A DNA stretch of 64,000 nucleotides from Owenia fusiformis. Its lineage: Eukaryota. Location of the stretch: positions 20,398,001-20,462,000 of the forward strand of contig CAIIXF020000001.1 in NCBI GenBank assembly GCA_903813345.2, given 5' to 3'. The notes beneath the pieces were generated by a model. The model was not told where the DNA came from. It saw nothing but the letters and a program-made list of their open reading frames with translations, and did not search any database. This document shows, piece after piece, positions 1-13,200 of this stretch (positions within the stretch are counted from its first letter, which is position 1; the number at the start of each line of letters is the position of its first letter). Both the position numbers and the translations under genes were made by a program.

Positions 1-341
1 ACGTACTTGTTAAGTGTCACGAGATTGGTGTTATGTCGATGTTTATATAAAAATTTTCAAATGTAAAGGAGGTATGAAATATTAAAGAGGCATTAACATA
101 CAAAATGTCACTACCTGCCATTTGTTACAGATGACAAAAACCAAATGCCAGATACCAACCACCAAATGCCAAACACACTGGTGATCCGCTCGATTACGCT
201 GGTTACCAAAACGAAAAAATAGCTCAGAAGATAACAGAATCGTCGATTTAATTCCTCACACGGTTTGGGTTAAAAGTGCAGATCGAGAGGATCACCAGTG
301 AAACACCACCCACAAAGTTGGAAACTATAACAATATGTCAC

Positions 342-2979
342 CACTTCTGATGGTGACATAATAAAAATGCTCTAATGCTGGTACCTTGAGCTTCCTCTTC
401 CTCTCCCTCTATACCAGAGTCTCCTGAATCAACAGTCCTGATTGACATGCCACTTTCACCTAGAATATAATGATAGGAAAGTTTGTTAGAAAAAGTTTTA
501 AAATGAAATAAGATTCTTTTCCTATAGACTCTACTATAAAATCTGGACAAGTCCTGAAATGGCAATTACAAAATTTATTAAGAACTAAAATGGCTGCAAG
601 AACGCAAGATGGCCATCCAAAAGTTAATCAAATGTAGTGTTTGGTACCCTCTAATATAAGTACTTTGAACAAAATCCAATGAGTGGTTTCCTGAAATAGC
701 AATGACAAAAAAGCAGGAAGCAACCATGTTCACACAACAGATATTTGACATTTACCATTTATATGAAGATCAATGAGGAGTCCTACATTATTTGCATACT
801 ACTTTACAGGGTTGTCAAAAAATTGGAACATTTGTTAATTGTACATAGAACATACAGTATTCCTCTAAAATACACTTGAATTTTACTGAGGATAGCTTGT
901 TCAATTGTTTATCAGCTGTAAAGTTTATAGGGACAATCCACAAAATGAATGCATTAAACTAGCCAATGTTTGATAAGACCCCCTTTCCTTAAATACACAA
1001 TTTTGTCACTACTTTTTCAAATAATCCTTCTTTCGAAGCTTTAGGGAACATGTTGATTGCTACTCACACTTACTAAATTAAATAGCATTGAGTTGAGTTG
1101 ACAAGAGGTATTAACTTATATTGTTTAGTCAAATTGTGTTCAGGCTAAGAAGGAATGTGTCAGAGGTGAGTGACTGCATAACCCGCAAAGCAATTCAAGT
1201 GATGAAATCATGGTTTCCATTTTCACTGACATACCAGATATTTACAAGGCCTTAAAGACCAACTCTGAGCAAATATAATATCATTTAAGTGTTCTGGAAA
1301 ACAAACCTCTTTTAGAAACTAAAAAGAAAATTGTGATTACTACATCTTGGAACTATATTGGTGAAAGGGCCTTACTTATCAGTTGAAACAGACCCAGCCC
1401 TCATTCTGGTGAAATATATTTCATCAGTAATATACCCAACAATAAACATCAACTTGATATTTGATACCTGGAATCATACCTTGAATCAGTTTTGACACAA
1501 AATATTGATTATGTTACCAGATTTGACCTTTCAAGGCAAAAATATTGGAGGTTTGGCCAAGTTTGACAAACAAACTGCATATTGAATAATTTATTTTGAA
1601 ACTGGGCCCTGGTTTGAACTTGTAATTCGGGAGAAGGGGAGTCATATCACAGTCTGGCAAATAAGGATTTTTTCACTATAGCCAAATTTGTCCAGAGACA
1701 TTTGAAACACTCTCGCCAAAATATTTTTTGTCTGGCCATAATTTTGTCTAGTCAGCATAAATTTTGCCCTCATCTTAAACTGTGCATGAATTGCGAATGG
1801 TAAATTAAACTGCTTAAAATAAGTGGAAAGGCCACACATGTCTGTTTCCTGATCAATGAAGTTTCAGATTTGGGGTAGGCAGGTAGGTAGGTTGGGAAAA
1901 TCTTACAAATAATTTTTTGAGGGTAAATTAGACAGAGCATGGTGATCAAATGTCTATACTAGAGTTGTATGTACTAACAATATAGATAAAGAAAATTGTG
2001 TTATTAGGCTATACTGCTAGAGTATGTATCATCAAAGAAGCTTTTATTTCAGAGTTTGGAGAGATCAATAGTTTGAAAATGTAGCATCTTTTGAATTGAA
2101 CCTCTTTAAGATGAACATCATGAACTTTTTTTAGTCTAATGAGGATAAACAAATAAAGGAATCAAATGTGCAAGGAGTTCTAGACAGGTATCTGGTTGTT
2201 ATAAATGAATTTTGACTTCAACAGTTTTTCATAAGTTATAAAGATGGCATTGCGATCAATACAAATACAATACCAGAATTTTTACCTCTGAGTAGGCTAA
2301 CTTCCTGCCTGCTCACGGCAAAATTTGGATGAGTTTTCAGTGTTTTTTTCTAAATACTGATGATTATCTGGCTATTTTACTTCAAATTGTTTTTTCTCTA
2401 AGGTAGGTGGCTTTATGTTCTTCTATTCTGATCATGTTTTAGGTAGAATAAAAAGCTTTGTGAATGGGAATAGGATCAACTATGAAACTTCATTTTTCAA
2501 GAATGTCCGGGATAAAAACTGTGAAGTTTAATAGATCTAACATCCATCGCCAAAATTGTCGAGATAGATCGCAACTTATATCGCCAAATTTTTTTCACTC
2601 CCTGTTTTTGGCGTTTGGCGACCTCTTATTTGCCACACTGTATCATACAAACATTGACATGTTAAACACATTAACATGGCAGGCTGCATTTATAAACTTT
2701 ACAGTACATTGGGATGAACTATGCTCAGTAAAATTTTGGTATAAATAAATTTTCTACATACATTTATGTGATGTTCCATTTTTTGGACCATCCTGTATAT
2801 TAAGAATTCAACTTGCCTGTCTTTGGTCTGGACTTATTGCTCTTCTCCGACCCAATAATACTAGTAGATCCTCTGCCATCACTAATAAATGAATTATCTC
2901 TGAACTGGGCCTTAGATCCATGCAAGGATGATAATTCAACATCCTCCAGTTTTACAATGTTGGCTCTTGCACTAGCCAT
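342..2979 (-). CDS. Unidentified protein, 5' coding exons only (gene continues left of the window)
   Basis: Exon 2979-2817 (ATG; MASARANIVKLEDVELSSLHGSKAQ...SRPKT) ends at a CAG|GCAAGT donor in phase 1 and joins exon 459-342 (GESGMSIRTVDSGDSGIEGEEEEAQGTSIRAFLLCHHQK) in frame. A probable non-coding first exon ends at ~4058 and an acceptor lies at 3017-3018. No family recognised. Confidence 0.65.
807..2795. mobile_element. Old Tc1/mariner-like non-autonomous element
   Basis: TA-flanked imperfect terminal inverted repeats: CAGGGTTGTCAAAAAATTGGAACAT (807) versus ATGTTCCATTTTTTGGACCATCCTG (2771-2795). Confidence 0.45.
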
Positions 2980-3482
2980 TGTCTTTCTTATTGCTTCGTG
3001 TGTTACATTTTAGTTTCTGGAAATAAAATATATATCTCACATAATTAACTAATCAATTAAAGTATCAAAAAATTGCATTTTGAGTTTGGTCTCTGTTGTT
3101 ATACAGTATATAAAGTGGTCACATAAACATGTACATAAACATGTATGTGTATCGATTTGATGAATAAATTAATCATGGTTCTACTTCTTCTTATAATATA
3201 TAGATATTCCAAGGAAATAATTGGCAAGAACATCAAGGCATTAAAATCTGACAAATTGTCACATGTGGTCAAAAAGAATAACAATCTGGACACTGAAGGC
3301 TGAACATGTCACAAAAAGTGGTTTATAAGAATATGTTACAGTTACTGTAAAGTTATATGACACTGATATAGATTTGCTGGTCTGTCAAAGCCAAATTATG
3401 GCACGATCACTCAATTCCTGGATATTCTTGGGGTTGAAAACCGTTGTCAGTGCCTAAGAAAAACTATTTCAACTATTTCTTA

Positions 3483-3715
3483 CAGTTGGGGACATAAATA
3501 AATGACTAAATTGCTGAAGTGAGGATTTCCCATGTTAAAAATAAGAGAATTTACAAGAGGCCATACATCAGTGGATGAGATTATACAAAATGTAAAATAT
3601 ACAAATTTTAAGGGATATATATCTAGACAATATTGGAAATTATGGGCTTTCAGACCACCATAATTAGGAAATGGTGATCGAAAATCGACCTGTCATTTAT
3701 TTTTGTCCCCAACTG
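3483..3715. mobile_element. Tc1/mariner-derived MITE (copy 1)
   Basis: TIRs CAGTTGGGGACA...TGTCCCCAACTG with TA on both flanks. A near-identical inverted copy lies at 30019-30252. Confidence 0.85.
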
Positions 3716-4057
3716 TAGTTGACATATAGAAAAATCTAGCTGAATTTTATCTAAAAAAACCAAATCCAGCTTATTTTCAACCCTTAGATTTCAATGCACA
3801 AGTAATTGTGGGGCTGATTTGAAAATTCAACCACACATTTATGGGAGTAAACTTATTGAACAACCGAGCCTTGACTAGACTAGTCTAGCCTACAATTACA
3901 AAAATAAGATTTAAATTTTTTTTCTTTTTTGTTCATTTTTGACGTTAGTCTCAGGCGTTCATTTGCAGTTTTAAATATAATCAAACTACATATGAAGAAC
4001 AGGTTCGTGTCTGATTAATACAAAAACCTATTACTATAGATAAAACGTGATTATTAC

Positions 4058-4297
4058 CGTAGATACAATGTGAAGTGTGAAAAATTTGTATATCGTATTT
4101 TTCTCACGACGTCCGCCATCTTGATGCCCACTTCCGTCTCTAGGAACGGAAACACCCGATGACTCCGGAATCACACGAAGTTTGTACCACGTGACCAATA
4201 AATATGGCGGACAAAAAATTACCAGTTTTTGTTTAGATTTGTAAAACGCTTGCTCTAGACTTCAATCATAAAGCGATCGATTAAATTCACTTACAAA
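4058..4297. promoter_or_regulatory. Bidirectional CpG-enriched promoter region between the minus-strand gene and ASXL
   Basis: Divergent YY1-type motifs CCGCCATCTT (4113-4122) and ATGGCGG (4204-4210), ETS-like CTTCCG/CGGAA, E-box CACGTG (4188-4193), and local CpG enrichment between head-to-head genes. Confidence 0.6.
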
Positions 4298-7200
4298 ATG
4301 CAGTCGGAAAATGGGAAGGACAGATCTACCAAAAAGAAGAAAGGAAAAACATGGGCAGAAGCTGCTAAAATAGTACGTTTTCGAATCTTAGCCCAGAAAA
4401 ATAAAAAATAAAAATGTTTTCAAATCAGTCAGTTTATTGCTCTGTTTCAAAACACGATACTTTATAATATTCACGTTTACTACCCATGAGTCAAGAATGC
4501 TGAGAATCTCCATTGATGCTTGTTACACTTTTCATGATTGATTATGGGCTCTTATAGACTATCAGATACATGTTAGTAATGTTTGTGCATACAATTATTA
4601 TCTTGTTCCATGAAACATCCCTTAGTATCGTTGTCTGTATGGTAATAATATGGGAGAGTTGTCCATGCCTTGTACATTTAAATGACCTACCTCAATATGT
4701 CTATGGGTTAGCTTAATTGGCAGAAAGGGGAAATTTCATTTTTCATCAAGAAAGATGGCACCTCCTTTCAAAATGGCAGTAAGCTTATGGGAATCCTCAT
4801 AGGCTCCTCATAACATCTGAGCCAGGTGCTGCAGAGCCTGGATGTACCAATAGATGGAGGGATTTTGAAAATTCCTGCACAAAATTATCAATATTAGAAA
4901 GCTTCACTTCCCAAAAATAAACATTATAACAATTCGATTAAGTGTAATAGTATATATATCTTCATCCTCCATTTGCAAAACTCTGTAAGTTATCAGCTGC
5001 TTCTGTGTTGATCAGGATTTCTCTTTATCCTCAAGTGAATATTTTCCACCAAGAAACCAAAATGGCAGTTTTGACCGAAATTCACAAACTTCAGCAATCA
5101 TTCAGAAATCTTCACCTCTTTCAAAACTGCCATATTGGTTTCTCATTAGAAAATATCTACTTTAGGATATAAAGAGAACTCCTGGTCGTCACGGAAGCAG
5201 CTGATAACCTACAGACTTTAGGAAATGGAGATGTAGGGAACTTTTGGAGATCTAAAGTAAGTACCTGATTTCAGTTTAAGCCTTCATGGTTCAGGAGCGG
5301 CTGATTGGGGGCATGCAATAGCTATTCATCAAAAGTCAGCCTTTGAAAGATTAAACTTGAAATAAGTTAAATAACATTCAAGATTGCTTTTAAAAAATGA
5401 AATACTCAGGAATTTATTGAGGTGGGTTATTTGAGTAACTTTATGCAAAGCGTGGATCAAAACTTCTCCCAAATTGTAATCAGGGATGTTCTCAGGAATA
5501 TTGTCCTGGCAGGGGATAAATACAATACATATCACATATGTTAGATTACAATAACCTTTACTGAAATATTTATTTTGTAGGTCCTAGAACAGTATGAAGT
5601 ACCAATGAGCTATAAAGAAATACTAAAAGTTATTCAGCAAGAAAATCTGAAGGATATAAGGCAAGGGATATTTCTATGCATTCATTTCAATTTATTTATC
5701 AATCATTTTTGTACAACTGTTCTCTGCAGCTTATTTTGCAAACCTCTAAAAGTGAGGATGAGTTCATAAATTATGAAAATATACATGTAAAACTATGAAC
5801 TATCAATATAAAAAAGGTAAAAGAGTGTTTATTCATATTCATCCCGTACATATTTGTGTGTTTTTCAAGACTTTAATTAATTTATTTTTTCTCCATGTTG
5901 CCAGGAGGTAAGGTGATTGGTGGTGTTGTGTGCATTTATTTAATATATTTATTGGCCTGATTTGGTTCTGTAAATAGCACATTGAATATTGTCTGCACAT
6001 ATATCTGAACTGTTTTAGTTTGATTTTTATGCATAATAGAATATATCATCATACAATCATGATAGTTTCATTTGTTTGGATTTGGAATGGTTTGCCATTG
6101 TGTTTTTACAACTGGGTCTAACATTTTATTATTCCCAGAGTGATCACCTATCTGAGTGACAGAATGAAATGAGCTTCTTTCCTCCAAGATACAAGGTCTC
6201 TTTACACTTTATGATAACAGTTTTTCTTTGAACAGTATGTTGTTATAGCCCCTGAAGAATTTTGGGTTAAAAGATCGATGTAGCTCAAAAAGCTATATAT
6301 TATCAGTTAAGTCCCTGACACCCCCTCTTAACTATACATGTATATGGAAAATGTTGACACACACAATTTTTAACAAAAAATATTATTACATGATTATTAT
6401 TTAACTATAGTTTTTTCGTTCATGCCATTAATAATTCGCTTTATCGACAAGGTCTACCTTGCTCATCCCGAAACTATCATCAAGTATCGTGTTGACGAGT
6501 CTTTCATATTCATTTATTAGATGGGTTTTATATATTGGCTGTGCCATAGTGAAAAAGGACTTCACATTTTGAAAAACTCCAAAGTATTTCCTATTTGGAG
6601 AGGATTGTGGGATATACACTGGACAAAAAATGGCTGATGGAATTCCCTGGGAATCAATGTCGGGGAAGCTTTTTTTTTTTCTAATGCTAGGGATTAATTA
6701 TTCAGCTTCGTCATTGCAAAGGGTTGCAAAGGGGCTTCTGACACAGCAGTTATTTTTTAGGTATTCCTAATGCAAGGTTGACTAATTTTTGTAAAGCATA
6801 ATGAAAATTAATAAATGTAACATAATGTTCACAAATCATATTATGATGTTACTATTAATAAATTTATAACTGCTGAGCCCCTGTTGTAAACCTGTATACC
6901 ACAGGGCATACATATCCCTCTTGGACATATCCCTAAGGTAATATAAATTGCATCATTTTGATGTTAATTGAATATTTGGGAGTAAATTAATTAAAATTCA
7001 CATAATATTAGTTTTCACAAAATAAGTTTTATTATAAGCACATTTACATACATGTACTCTTCTTGTTTGTAGTTGTGATTTATTCTTTTGCTTTATTTTA
7101 TCAATATTTATTATTTAAAAGTATATATTTCTTTCTTACATGTAGTCAAAAGATATAGTACATGCAAAAGTAAATCTATTTCCATTTTTATCCATAATTA

Positions 7201-10200
7201 ACATTCGGAAGAACTGAGTGTACATGTAATTCAATAGGGCTATCTTATGAAAATTTTAAAAGTACCTAAATAAGTTTACATTTCAATGTAATTATATCAT
7301 GATTTTGTTTTTTGAGATGTTGTTGACAAAGTAGACCATGGAAAGCATAAACAAATTATAATTGATACTCACTAAATCATTTTTTAATTCAGTCATTTAA
7401 CATTTGTTTTGACTTCATTTGTTTTTTAACCCCTGTTGTCTTTACAATTTTTTTTTTATAGTGGCACGACCCCTCTAGCTTGCCTGAATGCAAGTCTGTA
7501 TGCCAACTGTAGGGGAACAGACTCATTGTTCTACAAAGTTGCAGGACGTATTGGTGTCTATGGAATGATGGTGAGTAACAAATCTTAGTTTGTGCCTTCC
7601 TTATTCCTCCAACCTTAAAGAGAGAATCGGATCTAGCAAGCGGGAAAAATTGTTTCAATTTTAGAATATTTCTGGTTCATGTCATTCCTATGTCTATTTT
7701 CTAAAAATCCCTAAAGTGCACAATTTATTTTAAACAGGAAAACTTTTTTTGCAATAATGTATTATTGTTACCATTCTTATTATTTGGGAGAATTTAAACA
7801 TTTTCACCCATTTTTTGTACTTTGAATCCATGATAACTTCATCAGTTCACAACATATTTTGGATCTTTTGGGAGATATTGTATTTGAGATTGTAAGGAAT
7901 AGATTGGTAGGTCAATTGTACATGTTGCTTGCAATTTTGTCACCCCTATAGATCTGATTTTAATTCAATATTATTGGATTTCTGTTCTTTTAGATTTCAT
8001 CACAGAATGACCATCCCTCAGGGACCTCTCTTCTATTCAAAAATGTGTTTAATATTTCAGTACAGAATGACCTTCCCCAGGGGCCTTCCTATTCAAAAAT
8101 GTTTCAGATTTCAATACAGAATTACCATCTCACAGGGACCTTTCTATTCAAAACATGTTTTATATTTCAGTACAGAATGACCAGGGACCTCCCTATAAAA
8201 TACAGGCTTTATAATTCACTCGAGAATGACCTTCCCAAAGGGGCATCCAAATTCAATTAATGTTTTTTATATTTCAATACAGAATGACCTTCAAATTCAG
8301 TTCATGTTTTATATTTTATTTCAATTTAGAATGACCTTCCCAAAGAGACATCCAAATTCAATTCATGTTTTATATTTCAATACAGAATGACCTTCCCACA
8401 GGGGTATCCAAATTCAATTCATGTTTTATATTTCAATTTAGAATGACCTTCCCACAGGGGCATCCAAATTCAATTCATGTTTTATATTTCAATACAGAAT
8501 GACCTTCCCACTGGGGCTTCCCTACTGGAAGTGGAAGAGGAGCAACAAGACATTATAAGCCTGGACCCTGACAGTGACATGTCAGACCTACACCACAACA
8601 GGGAGAAGTCTAAAGACAAGAAGAGAGATAAAGGTAATGTTAAATAATGCATGATCACTTCTGTTCCAACACTCCTAAAATGTAAATGTAATATTAGAAA
8701 ATTTCAATTTAAGAAGTTCTATACCGATGTTTCAACAAAGTAATCTCTTGTATAATCATATTTTCTCAATTATTTTCCAGTTATGTATGTGAATCTGCCT
8801 AAAGGTTATAAAACAATCCCACCCACAGATAGCATCATCCAGCCAAGTAGTACTGAAGTAACTATCTCCCAACCCAATGGAGAAGCCACCCTTGTACAGG
8901 TTGTTGACCCATCTCTAGCTAAAGTACAGATACGAAAGCCATTAAGACATAAAAAGCGTAAAAAAGCAAAGAAACGCCACAAAAAGAAACCAATTCCTAA
9001 GATTACAATCAAACCTATCTTACCTCCTAGATCTGGTAAGTAGAGGATGTAAATAATGTGAATGATCATAACATTTTCTTTAGAATATCAAAAATCTGAA
9101 TAGCCATATTAATGACATAGTTTGAGAGAATGACCTCATAGATTGCTAATTCTCTGTTTAATCTCTAAATCAGATTTGGCTGATTTTGTTCATTTTACAC
9201 AAAACATCTATTAAAATATGTGTTTGGGTCTAAGAATAAGTATCATGTGAAATTGTCAATGTTGTTTTGTAGAAATTGATACCAGTGATGCTCAATCTAA
9301 CAGTGAAAGTTCACGCAGTTCCCCATTGTGTGTGGGTCCAAGCGCTAGTACCAGTACAACTAACAGTAACTCTACCTCCACTGCACCAAAGACTCAAACT
9401 TTACGAGAAATGCTATCATCAATTCCTGGCTTCAGTATGAAGGTAAGGATAGGCACATGTCTCCATTATTTTACTTAAGTAATGTCATCCCTTCGATGGG
9501 ATTTGCTACACCTTTGTATTACTGTTATCTAGTTCTTTCTGGCTTGCATTTGCAAGATACACTGATATTTTATTTTTCAAATGTTGAGTTTATACGTGCA
9601 AATCTAGGACAGCAGTCACTTCAATAGAGGTTTTTGTAACAAATTATTTTTTTTGTAACATGGTCATATTGAAATAAAATACAATACACTAATACAGTCT
9701 GTGTTATTATTTCTTAATAAGATTGACAGTCGCTGTTAACCTGCAGAGATCACGATAGTTAAAAAAACTTGTTAGCCATAGTGGCTAAATCTTCGAAAAA
9801 AATTTTCGCCAACCAAAATATGAATTAGCCATTTTGAAAAACCTTAAAAAAGGGAACATTAAAATGATCCAATGTCTGATGATGACAGTTTCACTTTCAG
9901 TTTCACTTTTCAAAATCATATTCAGAAATAAAAAAAACGTCAATTAAAATTGAATGTAAAGCATCTGCCGCAAATGTGATGGCATTTCACATAGTCTGCA
10001 CGGTGTAATATCACCAATTCGTTTACCTTGTGATATCGGAGTCCCAAAAGACTTCCAAACTGCCGACTTTTTCGACTTAGATGCCGGCTCGATTTTTCAA
10101 TTTCTTTCCTACATCCGGCATACTGATAATGCACTCGATTTGCGAACGACGATGAAGAAATTTACGAACAAGTATAACCATCTACCTGAAATCGCGGGTC

Positions 10201-13200
10201 CGTTAATAACACTTTTCAATGCAAAGAAGTGTAATCTAGGTACGAGGTAAGTGAAAATATTTAATTTTTCAGAACGAAATCGGAGGTGTTCCTCGCTATT
10301 TATACACGTTTTTATGCATTTTAGGGAAGGAATGTATGTACCGATATTAACCCATTCTGTCCCATGTCCCGAACCGAAGCATCTGGACCGAAATTCGGTC
10401 CAATATCGGGAAACCGTGACACCTCTAATTCGCCATAACTGCGAAATACCTTTACATATTTTTCGCCACCTCTTTCGAAAATTCGCGATTGGCGAATGGC
10501 GAACGTCTACCGTGATCTCTGTAACCTGTATATGTATATTTGAGCAATATTTTACTTTGAAAGTAAATCTTATGTGCATTGTCTTTCAAAAAATTATCTA
10601 ATCTTTCAAGCATTTTAATGTGTTATACTCTAAAGATATGTTCGCTGTTGTAGCCAAGGAAACGTTCCCACAAGAAGCTCAGTCCCCAAGCTCAACTTGA
10701 ACAAACCAAAGAAGGCTGCGTAGATCTGGAGACTCCCGACTCCATTCTCACACATACCAACCTTAGAGTAAGTATATGATTCCATTGATTCTTACGCATA
10801 TCAACCTTAGAGTGAGTATATGCTTTCATTTTCACACAAACCAACCTTAGAGTAAGTTTATGATTCATTTCTCATGCCTACCAACCTTAGAGTGAGTATA
10901 TGATTCCATTTTCACACAAACCAACTTCAGAGAGAGAGTATATTATTCCATTCCCACACATACCAACCTTAGAGTGAGTATGCGATTCAGTGCTCACTCA
11001 CATATATCAAATTAAGATTCAGTATATGATTCAATTTTCAAACATACCAATCTTAGAGAGAGTATATGATTCCATTCTCACATATACCAACCTTAGGTTG
11101 ACTGACCTGTATTAATAATTTTTTGTAGGATCTGATCAACAAAGACACATTTGCTTGCCTTCCTGCTGCCTACCAATATAAGCTGCTCCAGTTGTTGCCT
11201 GATTGTGACAGAGTAATTGAGACCAATGTAGTCAGCCTTGGCCTCACTGCCCTCAATAACGAGTTCTTTGCTAAGGCTTGTCACGAGTGGAGACAGCGCC
11301 TCTCAGAAGGTAATGAAATTCAAACCCTTTTATTCAAAAACATTTTTGCCTTGTTATGCAATATTTTGCCATATTAGTATTACATCTTGTTTTGTGGTTT
11401 TACTTTGTCATGAAAAATTATAATAAACTTTTAATAATTTTTTGCCTAATTGAATTTCATCTCAGTTTGAGTATTCAAAATAAACACTTAAGACATATGT
11501 ACATCATTTCTATTTTAATGAGATCTGTTTTTAAAATTGATTGGGATCAGATCATGCTGTAGATTTAGTTGTATAAGATCGGGTAAATGCAATAAAAATA
11601 AGTTGTGTATACTAGAAATCCAGTCTTATATCAGCAAAGAATGTTTGAAGTAAAAACAAAAATATTTGCCTTTTAATGAATCTTAGCAGAATCCTGTTAC
11701 TGTAAGAATGTTCTTGCAGAAATTTTGCATGAAATTTTGTTCTTGTGTTCTTTAAAGACAAATGAATTCTTATGAATTTGCCAAAATACAAGTGTAAACA
11801 TTCACTGTAAGGAGGTGTTCACTGGAGACCACAGTAAGCGCCATATACTGTATCCTAAATATAAAGAACTGAGAGAGAGATTTTCAAAGCACATAACTTA
11901 CTGTATGAATAATAGTAAAGTTGTTTTTTATCTTGTCATAGGTGAGTTCACACCTGAGAATCAGATTCGGATCAAGCAGGAGGAGGAGAAAGAGCAACAG
12001 AAACTCGACCCTTGGAAAGTTAAACATTTTGAAACAACCTGGGGTGAAAAGTAAGAGAATATTGTTATTAAAGTTTAAAAATTAAAACCTAACAAATATA
12101 AATTGAGTGACAATATTTTTTATTAAAAACACTGTTCCGGCATCAGAATGTTTTGAAAATTGATAGTTCCAAGTTATTCTTATCGAGATGTAATGATGGA
12201 AATCAAGAGTCTAGTTTTTATTAATATGAATATGTTCATTAATTAATCCTTGTTATTTTTTTTCAGGCCTTCAGTTAAATCTCCAGAGATATCAATGAGT
12301 ATGCCATTGTTGACTACAGCCCTGTCCTCAGTTCCAGCCTCATCTTTAGTACACAAGACTAAACCTACTGGGAAAACTGTAGCTACTATGCTGAAACAAC
12401 GCCACCTAAGCACTAGGATACGATCTGGGACCCTTGCTCTATCTCATTCTAGACATGTCTCTTCAGGCCCTGTGTTGGAATCCAAACCAAAATCAAATGA
12501 GTCCTTGTTGAAACCCAGTGCATTCAAACAAGTTCCTAAAATCGAAGATGAATCAAAGCCTCTGATAATTAATCCAGTCTCAAGTTCAACGATTTCAGCA
12601 TCAAGTTTAACAAGTACAATTTCAAAACTGCAGGATTCTATTAACAAAGGTGCCATGAGTAACAAAATTGAGGGTTCTACATTGAAAGCTGTCTCTGCTC
12701 CTGACACTGCCCCAGAGAGTAACAAGAGTCTCCTTCAGCAATTAAAGAGACCCCTTCAAATAGCGACAATTGACATATCACCCACAAAGAAACCAAAAAT
12801 CTCACCCAAAATTTCTCCGGTTAAATTATTGAATAAACTCTCACCTGCAGTGATGGTTAATCCACCACAACGATTGAAAACTGTGGCTCAGATTAAGGCA
12901 CAGATGGCTGCTCAACAGGCCTCCACTAGCTCTACTAAGGTCCCTGGTGGGCAGACAAGAACACTTGCCAGTATAAAGGCCCGTACAGCTGCCCAGAAGC
13001 TCCAACATGGTAGCCCTGTTGCTAAGCCTGTGGGTCAGACAAGAACATTAGCTCAGATCAAGGCTCAGACTAAAGCCAAGCTTCAGGCCCGGAATGAAGC
13101 CCTGAATGCAGACAAGGGGAAACACAGACCTAATATAATCACTCCTAGAATAAAGAAAGTGTGCACTGATACAAATAACGATGGAATTAACATGCAACGA

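Noticed and set aside
4204-4236. ATGGCGG as the ASXL start codon
   Set aside because: It closes at TAG after 10 codons; homology begins at the ATG at 4298.
9940-10601. Overlapping ORFs of 64-156 aa in ASXL intron 6
   Set aside because: No recognisable domain or splice-compatible structure; this is a CpG-rich tract that looks like a repeat remnant whose ends I could not define.
10741-11100. CRISPR-like appearance of the 40 bp and 56 bp arrays
   Set aside because: The units are contiguous degenerate tandem copies without unique spacers, there are no cas genes, and the context is a spliceosomal eukaryotic gene.
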